Positions 42,259 to 55,000 of a stretch of DNA of 64,000 nt are shown here, one piece after another. Origin of the DNA: Zygnema circumcarinatum SAG 698-1b (Eukaryota > Plantae > Zygnematophyceae); contig CM074805.1 of NCBI GenBank assembly GCA_037447605.1, positions 124,001-188,000 on the forward strand, written 5' to 3'. Position 1 is the first letter of the stretch. Each line of letters begins with the position of its first letter. The notes beneath the pieces were generated by a model that saw only the letters and a program-made list of their open reading frames with translations, did not search any database and was not told the DNA's origin. A program made the position numbers and the translations under genes.

Positions 42259-43372
42259 TCAAGCTCCAGTGATCCGTTTAAACTCGGCCTCTGAATGCGC
42301 CCACACCTGCTCCACCATGCCTTCCTGCCGGAGCTTGGCCAGGAGCTCCTCCACCTTGGGTCCCGCACTCTCACACTTCTCATCCACACTGTAAACCCCA
42401 CCGCCACTTTCCCCCTTCGTTCCTCGAGCAACCTGAACCCCGTCCGTCAGAGGCACCCCATCAATGCTTCCTGCTCCCTCCCCACTCGCCGCCGGGTATC
42501 TCGCACTCGTTGCGAGATAGAGATGCCTCGAGCCAGACTCCTCATTCGGAATATAGACGAAAGGCCCGATAACCGCAAACAATGCTCGTAGAAAAAACTC
42601 AATGCTCGACCTACCCCTCGCCAGGTTCGATCTGACCGGGCCCGGAAAGTCGTGAACGAAGCTCACATCCGGCGCCTTCTTGGCCAGAGCTTCAAGAGAC
42701 AAAGTGATGAGGGAGGCTCCGTGACCACGCGCAGAGAGCACGGGGATCTTCCACCCTTGGAAGTCGTTGCTGAAGATGGGGCCTTCTTTACCGCCGGCAA
42801 ACACTGAGACGACGCGTCGAAGCGCAGTGGCATTTTGAAGGAGGGGGAGCAGATTTCCGATAAATCGGGCGCGGGCGTAGTGGATCAGAGCTGTGGCAGC
42901 CTGAAGGCCTTCCGTCGTCTCTGTGAATGGAAAAAAACATCGAGCGATTGTCATGATCAAAAGCGAATTCCCCCTAGGGGTTAAAGAGGAATGGGGAACC
43001 CAGAATACCGGGGGACATACCGGTACCAAAGGTCAATGTTCCGATAGTGATAAAGAGGAGGTTGATCGTCCTCTCCCTGCTCTTAATGTCCCGACAGACA
43101 TCGTCGACGTTGCGTATTAGGCTGACATCCGCCTTGATGAATACCGCCTCCCCCTCCGAGTTCAGCGCTTTACATGCCGCCGTAATCCGGTCGGCAGCTT
43201 CCTGTGAGCGGCCAACAAAGTAGATTCGCGGCTTCAGTGCGTGCTTTACGAGCTGCAGAAGAGTGTACTCGCCAATGCCGCTGGTGCCACCCACAAAGAC
43301 GGCGACCAGACCCGGCGGAAGAGTGGTCGCGATGCGGGAGTTTGACGACAGGACATCAGAAAGGGAGACCAT
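42259..43372 (-). CDS. Short-chain dehydrogenase/reductase of filamentous-ascomycete type, two exons
   Basis: Rossmann motif VAVFVGGTSGIG, GRSQ, KADVS. One 100-bp GT-AG intron (42921-43020, phase 1 compatible). Exon 2 runs to ...VWAHSEAEFKRITGA*. Confidence 0.9.
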
Positions 43373-44152
43373 GCCGTGGGTTGCGGGAGGTAAAGAAGGC
43401 GAGGACGTGCTGAAGCTTGCGCCGAGGGGAAGGGTGGGGAGGGGGGGAGGGGTTGAGGGGGGAATTCAAGTGAGATCTAAAAAATAAAAAAAAGAGGGCC
43501 GAAAAATGCCCACTAAGGTCACTTCCTCCTCTGTCCTCTATCCTCTCACACTCTCTACTCGCCTGAGTCAGTCGAAAAAATGTAGAGCAAGGTGAGATGT
43601 CAGTAAGCTGAGCTGAGAGGAGCAATTTCGGTACGACAGAGGCGCGCGGCGAGCTCACACGCTGGCAGCAGCATACTACCCAATGCCCCTCGCCCCCTCG
43701 TCCTCTCCCTCAGTCCTTCACTGCACCAGATGCTCCCTCTGCCCTCACTGCCTCCCCCCTCCTTCCCCGAACCTTCCTGGCGCGAGGCCGTGCCTGCGCA
43801 GCCCCGATCTCGATCTCCGCGAGGCACAGACGCTGCACGGGACGTTCCATGCGCCCAGTCGCGAACAGTTTCACGCCCTCGCAGTCACTAGTAGCTGGCA
43901 AGTAGCGTCATTCACATTTCACCTGCTGGTCGTTTTACGGAGCGTAGAACTGGAACTTTAACAGCGCTGCTTGCGTTAAGACGTTTCCGTGCTCCCGGGC
44001 AGCCTCTCCCGGTGAGGTCCTTTGTTGGAGGCCCTCAGAGCCTGAGCGTGCTCCTGCAGCCATCCCATGCCTCCCTCTTTCGTCTCCCTCACTCCCTCTC
44101 CTTCTCTCCCTCTCTCCCCCCCTCTCTCTCTCCCCCCTCCGCCTCCCGCGGC

Positions 44153-47100
44153 ATGCTCGTCATAAAGCCCGCCTTTGTGAGCCACACGGAGCGGTCGGCC
44201 ATATTCTCAGTGGATGTGCATCCCGATGGCACGCGGTTCGCGACAGGCGGAGCGGATCACAAGGTGCGCGTGCAGGCGTGCTCGGTCCTAGCCCCGCCGC
44301 CATAGCCTGGTCCATAAGCATGCTCTGCAGCGGCGCTCGCCTAATGAAATCATTCACATGGACCCCTCGCTATGGCTTCAAGGTCGCCTGTCGACATTGG
44401 GGAAGCGTACATTGCGGGAGGGCGTGCATACAGTTTGTCTTTTTTTTCCTTTTTAACATTTTAGCGCTTATTTCCTTATCGTGTACCTTTACCAGCATCG
44501 AAAAAACCTGATTAATGCATTTTTGGTGTGAGTTGGAGTTAACTATTGTTTTGAATGCATGGAGAAAAGAAGGATCATGCTCATGATGTTTCTACTTGAT
44601 TCAATTCTCAAGTATTTTGAGAACTTTGAGTAGTCGGGCTCATGCAAAAAGAGAGTTGGCCATACAAAGCACGGCATTACTTTGTATGAGCTTAAGAAAG
44701 GCTGACCTTTAGTCTTTTCACACGATGATCATGAACGAGCGGAAGTGTGCATCCTTCCTCTGTAGCTTGTTCTCACAAACTTGCTGCTTATTTCAGCTCT
44801 TGCAATCTTCTCCGCTCTATCTTCATGCCAAAGAGCTAAAACATTCCCTTCCATGCCAATCAGGTCCGCATATGGAACATGGCCGTCCTTCTTAACTCGA
44901 AAGCGGAGTCAGATCCCTCCGTTCCTCGCTCTCTCGCGGTCCTCAGCTCCCATTTCGGGTCGGTGAACTGTGTTCGCTGGTCCCCAGGGGGGCGGATTAT
45001 TGCTTCTGGATCTGACGACCGCATGATCAACCTTCACGAGCGGCGGGCGGGGAAGGGGACGGTGGAGTTCGGCAGCCGAGAGCAGGCAGATGTGGAGAAT
45101 TGGAAGCTGAGCATCACTCTTCGAGGCCACATATCTGATGTGGTGCAGCACTGTACACCCTCGCTGGGCCCTTGTTTGGGCTCCATTACTTCGTCCTTGG
45201 CTTCACGGGGTGTCATAGCTTGTATTACTTCGTGGATGATGTCCGGAAGTAGGGGAGTCTCTGAGAGTCGTTCGGGAGGCTACTCCCTCTGAGCTCTCAT
45301 CTCTGGTTGTGTGCGGAATGCTTACATGTATATGTATTCGGTTGTTTGAGGCCGAAGATCAGGTTTGGTTTTGCAGCAAATGCATCAAAGCGTTGTTTCT
45401 CATGCTCTACATCATTTTGGTTCGTATTATTTTCCATGAAACTTGGGGAAAATGCCGACCAGCTATGGCCACCCATACCCATATTGCTGTTTCCCTACCT
45501 TTTCTGCTAATACTCTCAGAATCCATCCATTTTTCCATCCATCCACCCGTCCGTCCATCCGTCTGCTCATCTGCCTATTCATTCGTTTTCTTTATCCCTT
45601 ATCCATTCATACTTTCTAATACAGTGTGCGCATTGTATGACACAGGTTGATCTCGCATGGTCCCCTGATGGCGCATACATCGTCTCCTGCGGCCTTGACT
45701 GCTCCGTGCGCGTTTGGCAGCTTGACAATGGCGCTCAAATCGCGGCCCTGGAGGGGCACAAGAGCATGGTGAAGGGAGTGGCATGGGACCCCATTGACTC
45801 CTTCATTGCCAGCCAGTCCGATGACAAATCGGTGCGCGTTTGGAGGACGAGGGATTGGACTCCTGTTGCAGCCGTGGAAGGGTGCTTTGAGAAAACGGTG
45901 CGTGCAAACAATGCCTGACTATCTTATGAGTGCAGTGTTCGTTCGTTCGGGTTAGGGTCTGCTCGTTTGGACCGCAAGTGGAAAAATATCCTTGTTGAAC
46001 TTAATGTTCACTCCGATTCTTGAGTCGTGAATCTTAGTTAACTCACTGTCTTCGTAGGGTGGTGACCGCTGAACCGATACCCTAACAAATTGTCAAACTC
46101 TTAGGGCCCTGGAAACCCTGTAACTGAAAATCTATAAAGCGAAAACTTTGAAAAGCCCTGAGAAAACATGTGGGCAGGTGGGGCCTGAGACAGATCGGTG
46201 CAACATTTTTTCGCCGGCTCGACTGGTCTCCATGTGGCACGTTCCTCACAACAACACATGCATTTGCAGCTCCTCAGCATACAGCGGCTGTGATTGACCG
46301 TTCCGATTGGTCAAAGTGCTATGACTTTGTGGGGCATGGAGCACCCGTAGTAGTTGTACGGTACAACCAATCTATGTTTCGGCGGTTGCTGCCTCTCCAG
46401 AAAGAGTCGCAGAACGGAAGCCATGCAAAGAAGCAGATCTCCACTGACTTCGACGGCTCCTTACAGGAGAGCCGCGAGGCGAGTGAAAAAGCAGAGGGGC
46501 ACATTCTGGAGAAGACGGGATCTGTGGCGGGTCAGCAGGGGGAAAGGAGGGAGCAGGGAGGGCCGTACAACTGCATAGCCATAGGAAGTCAGGATTGTAG
46601 GGTCACCGTTTGGGTCACAGACCGAGCCAAACCGGTGCTGGTTGGAAAACACTTCTTTCAGCAACCCATTGTAGATCTTGTATGGTGAGTAGAAACCTGA
46701 AATTGAATTCCTTCCCCTCTTTTGTCATTTTGAGAAACTGCTTCTGTGCACGTATTGTTCTATTCCTGAGAATATACCGTTTTAGGAACACCATGCTCGA
46801 CTAGTGTATTCTTTAGAACTGGATCAGAAAATTGAACTTGTAGAAAGGAGGTAAGGGACTTTTCTGATCAGTCTTGAATACTTGACTGTTTGGCCTTTAG
46901 GCCAGCTGACTAGTGACAGGATGTTTTTGATACGAGTTCAACAGATGATGCTAGGTCTGAAGGCAGTTTTGCTAAATACTTTTTGCATTCTGCACGAATG
47001 GGGGGCAGGAGTCCGGATGGCTACTCTCTGCTCTGCTGTTCCACGGACGGTTCCGTCGCAGTTTTCAATTTCACTTCTGCGGAACTTGGAATTCCCCTCA

Positions 47101-50100
47101 CTGCAAAGGAAATGGACGACATCAAGTGTGAACGTTACGGACGAGTGAGAGGCCGCCAGGTGGCAATTGCGGAAAGCGCAGCATTGATGGCTCTCGAACA
47201 AGCCGCCAGGAGGCAGAGCAGCGCACTCGCCTCCTCTGCTGCTGAAACCCTAAAACCCGTACAAACCCTAAAGCCCCCTCTCACCCCACAAGTTCAGAGC
47301 AGCGCAGAAGCTGCCCCTCCTGCTGCTGCTGCTGCTGCAGTGGTGGTAGTAGAAAGGCACAATGAGGGTTCTGTGAAGAATGTTTCTGGGGGTGATGTAC
47401 AGGCAGGGGGAGAGGGAGCTACAGCTGCTGCCCGAGCCCTCTCTTCCGTCCCTTCCACTGTTATTCGCCAGATCGAAACTCGAAGGCCTGACGGTCGGCG
47501 ACGAATAATTCCGCAGCCGGTGGGAGGTGTGGGAGGAGATGTGGCAGGCCCTGCTGTTGGAGTTTCAGCTGCTGAAAGGAGAGCGGGAGAAGGTGTTAGT
47601 GATCGACCCTTTTCCGGCTCTCTAGCCCAGAGTAGTGAGCAGCCTGAAGCTGTGAACTTAGCCGGGCAGAAACGAGCGTCGGAGGCAGCAGGACCGGTCG
47701 ATGGTGCGGAAGCAGAGAATGGGGAAGCTAACGGAGCGGTCAAGAGGTTGAAAGTTGGTGAAGGGGGTGAGGATGGACGAGGGAGGGAGAGCGCAGTCTC
47801 AGGTAGTGCAAGGGAGAGTGCTCCACAAAAACATCAGACATTGGTTTTTGGCGGGACGGCAAGTTTGCGGGAGAAGGATGTGGTGCAAGTAGCTTCTGGG
47901 GAGGCACATATGAGAGGGAAGACTATCTCTGTCGTAGTGCGCGAGGAGGGGCAGAGTCCCCTCGTGCTGGAAGCAAGACCAGGGGATGCCTCGTCCGGTA
48001 CGATAGCTCCTTACTTTATTTCTTGACATCCCATAAATCTCAAATAATATCACGCTCCGGGACGGCTGAATTGCCAGGCACACCTATACTAGAAAATGTG
48101 AGAGATTCATAGTTCAGCATGTCTTGGGGCCTCTCACTTTGAAGTGCTAGAAGCGACTCGAGTGTTAGAATCCTGAGTCTTTGCATACGTGGCATCAAAG
48201 TGAATCTATTTTGTTGTTTGACGGATGCGAGCAGGGCCCTCTCTCCGCTGCACGCAAGCCGGCTCTCTACTTTGGAAGGACGCTCTGCCTGCTCCTGCGG
48301 CGGCAATCACAGGCACGCTCTGCTTTTGGGCTGCGGGTCTCGAGGACGGAAGCCTGCAGGTGCTTCCTCCGCCTGGAATTCATTGAAATTCCGCGTTCAT
48401 ACTGCATCAATGTAGAAATTAGCAATCCCAGAATTTGAAACCTATCGCGTTTGCTATTCATTCTGCATCAAACATTCCCGAAAACCTAGCAGAACCCATT
48501 GCATGGTTGGATTATTCAGACTGCTGACACCATAATACACGAAATCGAGGCTATTTTTCATAAACCATCCTGTTTACATATTGTGTGGTTCAGGTATACA
48601 CACGAGGTGGGAGACGAGCCCTTCCCAAGATTTGCATGAGCAGTCCTGCGGCTATGCTCGCCAATGACGGCGGCTGGCGACTGCTGGCCGTGACGCGACA
48701 CGGAGAAGTACAACTGTGGGACCTTCAAATGGGGGCCTGCGTCCTGCGGGAGAGCGCTATACCTCTCCTCACATCCTCGTCATTTGGGGGGGCCGAGGGT
48801 GAGTGAAACCTCCGACCCACGCGTGCATTGTATGCTGCTTTCTAGGGTTTGTGGAAACGCTTAGGATTCGTTTAGGATTGGTTAAAGCTCGCCTTGTTGC
48901 TGCTTCTCATTCTATAGAGGAGCTGGTGCAGGGCAGGTATTACATGTGACCTCGGCGCGCATCACTGCCAGCGGGGCTCCCCTTCTTGTCCTAAAGTCAG
49001 GCAACGCCTTCGTGTTCCATGCTGCAATGAAAGCGTGGCTTTGCCTCGCTCACAACTCGTTTCCTCTCTCCGAGTTCACTTCCTGCCGGCCCTCCCCCTC
49101 AGGCGGAGAGCTCGCGGAGCTTCAGGCGGGACTCGTGCAAGGGAGGGCGGACGGCCGCCTGTTTGCCAAGACGGCGGCTTCGTTTCTAGCCAGGTCAGAG
49201 CTTCAAAAAACATCAAATCAACAGCGAAACTTAGCAGACCCTGACTTCAAGAGTATTCAACTACTGAAGGCTCACAAAGATTAGAGGGGCTGCAGAATCG
49301 TATGCAGGTCATTTCGGGAGTAAGGGAAGGAGAAAGAATGGGAGGAAAGGCAGTGAGGCAGAGGATATTGCCGTTGGGTTGCACTTTGTAGTATGCATCA
49401 GAATGCTCCTATGCATGTTTTGCTGAGCCTCTAATCCAAAGACGCGGAAGTAGCAAAACCCTGAACTTTACCACGATATTCTGGACAGCTTTAGACAATT
49501 GAGGACATTGCGAAGCCAAAGAAACAATACGAGAGATCCTTGACATAGGAAACCTGTTTATTAATCGCAGTGGTGTTGAAGAAGAGAAGGAGCAAACTCG
49601 CGACCATTTGGAGGACCAGATAGCGAGTGCAGCTGCCCTGAAGTCGGGCCCAGAATACCGCCAATGGCTGCTTGCATATGTTCGCCACCTCACCAGGTAA
49701 CCTCCTCCCTCCTCTCTTCCCTCCCCATATCTAACTTCCTCCCGCCGTCCCTGTTTCTCTCCCGTTGTCTCAACCCTCCGTCTCCCTCCTCCCCCATCTC
49801 CCAGCTCCCTCGCTTTTCGATTTTTTTCCCTGCTCCCCCTCTCCAGCCTCTCTCGGCCTCCCTCCTTTCCTGGCTTCTGACTCTAAGTCTCTCCCTTCCC
49901 AAGAGCAGTGACTTAAGCCTTATGTCATTTGAGAACCTTCTCTCACCGAGCCTTCAGAACTGTGCAACGGTAAAGCCCTCACATTTGTCTGTCTTGCTGC
50001 CAAGTGCGCAGAGAGGCCGATGAGCAGCGGCTGCGGGAGGTCTGCGAAGAGCTGCTCGGCCCGCCCGGCGGAGGCGAGGCGATGGGCTGGCAGCCGGTGA

Positions 50101-50573
50101 AGCTGGTGGGGAAACAACTCCTCCCCTCGCAACTGCTCTGTGGGCGCCCTCAGTCCCAAGTCCCAAGTTGGGATTGCAGGGGTCCTTAGGGTTATGGCGG
50201 ACACACGTTGATTGCACCCTCTCCCTCTTGCTTAGCAGACGGCTGTACAGAATTTCCGTCACAAGCTACTTGCTCACTCTCCACCGCTGGGAATTGGCAA
50301 GAAGGATTTCTTGAGCGTGTTCAGCATCGGGGTAGAGAGACGATGACCCGGACGAGAGGCATGCAGATTCTGGTTCAGTTTCTCTCACTCTCAGCACATT
50401 CTAAATCCTTCCTTCATTTGGCGACTGCGTTTGGGGTTCAGGGAGTGGACAAGCGCAAGCTACTGCGGGAGGACGTCCTTCCCGCCATGTCGCGGAACTT
50501 CTCCATTCAAAGGCTCGCCAACGAGTTCCTGGACCTTCTGACAGACATGGAAGAGACAGACACAGTCGGTTAA
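44153..50573 (+). CDS. HIRA: Histone H3.3 chaperone HIRA
   Basis: [11 protein letters not shown]...[67 protein letters not shown]-domain [13 protein letters not shown] and C-terminal [22 protein letters not shown] / [12 protein letters not shown]. Confidence 0.97.
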
Positions 50574-51216
50574 GCTCTGAGCACATAGCCGCATAGCAGC
50601 GCATGACATCCGCATATGCTGAAAGTAGGTGGGTGACCACTTGAGGCCTTCAGCATCCTCTCCAGGTTATCTTCCCCCCCCCCTCTCGCTCTCTCTCGCT
50701 GTCTCTCTCGCTCTCTCTCCCCCTCGCTTGCCCTCTCTGGCGCTGCAACAGTTCTCAACTTCAGTGACATCTTCCAGTGGGAGATCCGAGAATTACGCTT
50801 ACACAATGTGTCCCTCCAATTTTTCTTAGGTCCAGGTGATCCTAAAGTGTAGATGTTTAGCTCTACCATCCGATTCTGCACATGGAACCGCGTCATGGAA
50901 TGCTTCAAGAATCAGTTTTAAAACGGTGAGAGTAGAGGCCAAACAAACGGCTTCATGACAATCCTTAGCCCTCCCGCCGATCCTGAACTGTCAGCTGCCT
51001 CCATAGACCGACTGCACTTTTCTTGGTGAAGGTCGCAACCCGCTTCCTTGTTCCATCACCTGCAGCCCCCCCCCCTGGCCGTACGGCGGTCGGCGCACGC
51101 ATGGATCTCGGCGGATCTTGACTCTGCAGGAACCAGGCCCATCACGTTCCGTCACGTCCCGTCCGGTATAAAGGCGCGACGCCGCCGGCCCCCGTCTTTC
51201 CCCTTTCGCGGATTCC

Positions 51217-51250
<34 letters not shown>

Positions 51251-52054
51251 GTCCCCTTGCCGCTCTGCCCAGCTCCGCTCTGCCGTGGCTTGTCGTCGAC
51301 ATAAAAAGATAGAGAAGAAGAGTCGAGAATGATCTAAAATTTTTCCCATCTGCTCCTGTTCGTTTCGTTTGTGCTACCAGCAGTAGCTTCGCTCGCTGCA
51401 ACGGCTGCCCCTGCCGATGCCAATAGAGCGAAGGTAGCGTCTGGCACCCCCCCCCCCCCCCTCCCCCCTCACCTTCCCCTTCCCGAGGAGAATTAGGAGG
51501 AGAAGCAACGGACACCGTCGCTCCTCAACCCAGCGCCTCCTTCAGACACCCGTTAACCCTTGTTTCATTGTTGTGTGCTGCAAGATGACCTCTCCCTTCG
51601 TGCTTGAGGGAAATTCAGTGCCGGATGAGGATGTTTGGTGCGATTAGTTAGCAACACTCGGGAGACAGACGCTCGGAAGAACGTATTCACCGCCGCTGCT
51701 TCTTGCATGCAGTATTGTTCAGGGCATTATCACTCCTTCGGAAAGCTGCTGAGATGGTCGTGCAATGTAGAACCTAACCGAAGAGGTATGGATAAACGGG
51801 CCAAAATTGTATTATCGACAAAATAATTGGACCCTAAAAGCAAAGGCACTACTATTCTGCAATTGGGAAAATCAACCTCTGTCAAGCGCGTGACTATTTT
51901 GAATTCCTTCTCCTATCGCTATTCTCACTCTCTCACTCTCGCCCTCACTCTATTTCCCTCTCCCTCGAGCTCTATCTTAATCACAAAATTCAGAGAGTCA
52001 CGCCGTTTTCTCACTCTGGGTTTGGCTGCTTTAGCCAGAGTGACCTTGAAGCCC

Positions 52055-55000
52055 TCATATCGTCTCAATAGCCGGAGGCGCCTTTTGTGGCGACTTTGCC
52101 ACAAGTTGCTTTGTCTTTTCCAAAACACCAAAAAAGATGGACCCGCCGATGCCAATCCACAGCACTCGCGGCCCCACTCCCTGCAGGCATGCCCCGCTCT
52201 CGCTCTCACTCAGCTCCTCATGTCCTCTGCCTGACAACGGTGGCATCTCACTTGTGGAGGGGGAAATGGTGAGGACAGAGAGAGGGAAGGGAGGGAGGAG
52301 GAAGGGGGGTGGGGGCGGCGATGGGGGAGGGACGGACGGGGGGGGGGGAAGAGGGAGAATGGGAGAGGGGGAAAGGGGGTGTTGGGGAGAGGGGGAGGGG
52401 GGGAGGGGCGGGGTGGGGAGGGGAGTTGGGGAGAGGGAGGAGGGGGAGAGGGTGAGGGAGGGAGGGAGAGGGAGGGAGGGAGAGGGGAAGAGAGAGGGGG
52501 AGGGAGTGGGGGAGCGGGAGAGAGGGAAGAGGGGGAGAGGGGGGAGGGAGAGGGGAAAGGGAGGGGTGGAAGGAGGGGGAAAGGGGGAGGAGGGAGGAAG
52601 GGAGGCGTGTCCATATCAAAGCACAAATGCGATGACTAGGAAGGGAGTGGGGCGGGTTCAATCAAAGACGCACCCGGAACAGAGCGCTGACACCTTCTTC
52701 AGCGCAGATTTTAGTGATACAGTCTGCCACTCCCTTATATTGGCCGCTAGTTCCCTGTGTGGAATGCAAAAAAAAAGGGTGAATGGAGGGAGTGGGGGGT
52801 TGTAGGAGAGAGAGAGATAGAGAGATAGAGAGATCCTGCCGTATGATCATTTTTTCAGAACAAGAACAATCCAGCGAGGCACAAGAGATCAAGGACAGAG
52901 TAGAACAATTTCTCGGTCAGAAGATAAGGACAAAGTCAGCTTGCACGGAATCCAAACTCAGCCAACTGAAAAGGAAAAGGTAAAGTGAAAAAGGAAAAAG
53001 AATCGAATAAGAAATCGATGTACGATGTGATGCTGTGCTCACCTGGACCATAAGCCTTGTCTTGATGACATCCAACGGCGTGGTGATGGCTCCTGTTGCT
53101 GCGCCTGCACATAGGGAGCCCCATCGTATTGAGCTTCACCAACGTAATAAAGGGCCCAAAAGGAAAAGAACAGGGACGGCTTCTTTCGCATCCGAATACA
53201 AATCAAATGGTCCTGATATGAAGAGAAAACTAATCAGCAAAGTAAACTAAAGATTGAGCCTGCTTGAAAAGGTAGGGCCTATCTGGTTGAGAAACATGTC
53301 TTCGTGTTTACTGAAACAGTTCTCAATGTTCAAAGGGCATAAGCCCACCTGCTGCTGCTCCGATGACCGCCATCTCCGGATCCTTGAGCTCTCTCTTCAG
53401 CTGGGGATACAGAAAGGAAGCAGGTGCAAACATAAAAGGAAAAAAAATCAAACTTGGCGTTTCCAACAACCTCATTATCACAGAGAAAGGGACGCAGAGC
53501 GCTCACTGAAACGAAACATGAAGTTAAGCTGAAACTGTTCGGCAGCGAATTGAATTTCGGGAGATTTCAGGGCTCTCTCACCGCTGCCCGGCCTGCAATC
53601 TTGAGTTGCTCGTAAAGCGCAAACTGGATTGCGTCGAAGGGCAGATCTCTCAAAAGGAAAGCTCCGTAACCCTGCCATGCCAAGCCTTCCCCATCCCGTC
53701 AGATTCCTCACAAACGCACCACATAATGGTCAGAGGAGTAAGGCAAACGAAGAGAGAGGGAGAGGTGCCCTGCGAGAGCGGGAAAGAGAGCGAATGCAGA
53801 AGGAGAACCGCAAAGGAAGGATCAAATACTCCTGTAGAGGGAAGCACGTGGCATGGCAAAACAATGCTGTAATCCCATAGAGAACTTACAGCATAGAGCC
53901 CTCGGAAGCCCTCCTTCGCGAGAATTCCTCCTACAGCTGCAGCAGGAGCAGAAAACTGCCCTGTTTGCATGCGCTGCTTCACCACCTGCCCCGCAGAAAC
54001 CACCTCCTCCCGTGTACAAAATGAGGAGCAGCGTAATCCAAGATAAAATAGATGCTTACAGTGCCTCCAAGTACACAACGGAAGACGAAAGAGCGACGTC
54101 CTGGATGGGAGGAGAGAAAAGTGTGAATGGAAAGTAACTCTGGAGGACCAACAGTTTTCCACTTGAATTCTCTACTTCCACCTTTCTGTCATAGATTCGT
54201 AAGGGAGCGGAAAGCATCAATGGTCGTATGCAAACATCACCTCTGTTGGTACTCGGACAAGAGAAGCAGCAAGCCCCCCTGCGGCTCCGGCACTCTGGAA
54301 GACAGCGATAAGAGTGGAGGATGTGAGAGGAGAAAAGAGTGGCGACGGGAGGGCCGGGAAGGTAGGTGGAGTGAGACGAAAGGAAGCGAGAGGGAGTCAG
54401 GGACATGGAAGAAATGCACCGAACGGAGTAAGGAAAAGAAGTGGATGATGAGGGACAAGGGATGAGGGTTGAGGTGGGAGAAAAAGGAGGAGAGGGAAAT
54501 TGAGGAAGACTTAGGTAATCCGTGAAGGAGAGGCAGAAAACGTGCAAATGAGAGTGGGAGAGCACATACCAAATGGGCCCCAACTGACAGATTATCCGGA
54601 AACAGCTTAAGCAACTTCTGCTTAATTGGCTCGTACACTCCAATGAATATAGCAGAGGCACTGCGGTTCAGTCCGTGACAGAGAGGTCAAATGAAGGAAA
54701 ACGTAACTGGAGAGTTGAGCAAATCCGCCCTCTTGAAGTTCCATTGCTAGAATTGTTTTACTGGTTTCTTGGATGGCTATGCCAATGAGGCTTTCTAGGG
54801 GCTGGCAGATGGTTTTGGAATCCTGTCAATTTGCGATGGCTATTTGAGTGTTCCATCTAACTTCCCTGTAAATCACATGCAATCCCCACCCTCATTATTT
54901 TCATCTGCTCCATTTTCCTGCTACCTGGTTCCATGCTATAAATCACTTTCATTCGTTCAGTAGAGAAGTGAGTGAGACAGTCATGACTCACGGCAGGACA

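Noticed and set aside
47247-47275. Telomere-like AAACCCTAA repeats inside HIRA
   Set aside because: They lie in an exon and encode a small TLKP duplication; not a telomeric tract.
52137-52805. Gly-rich and Pro-rich ORFs (222 aa and 138 aa)
   Set aside because: Translations of the intronic polypurine tract.
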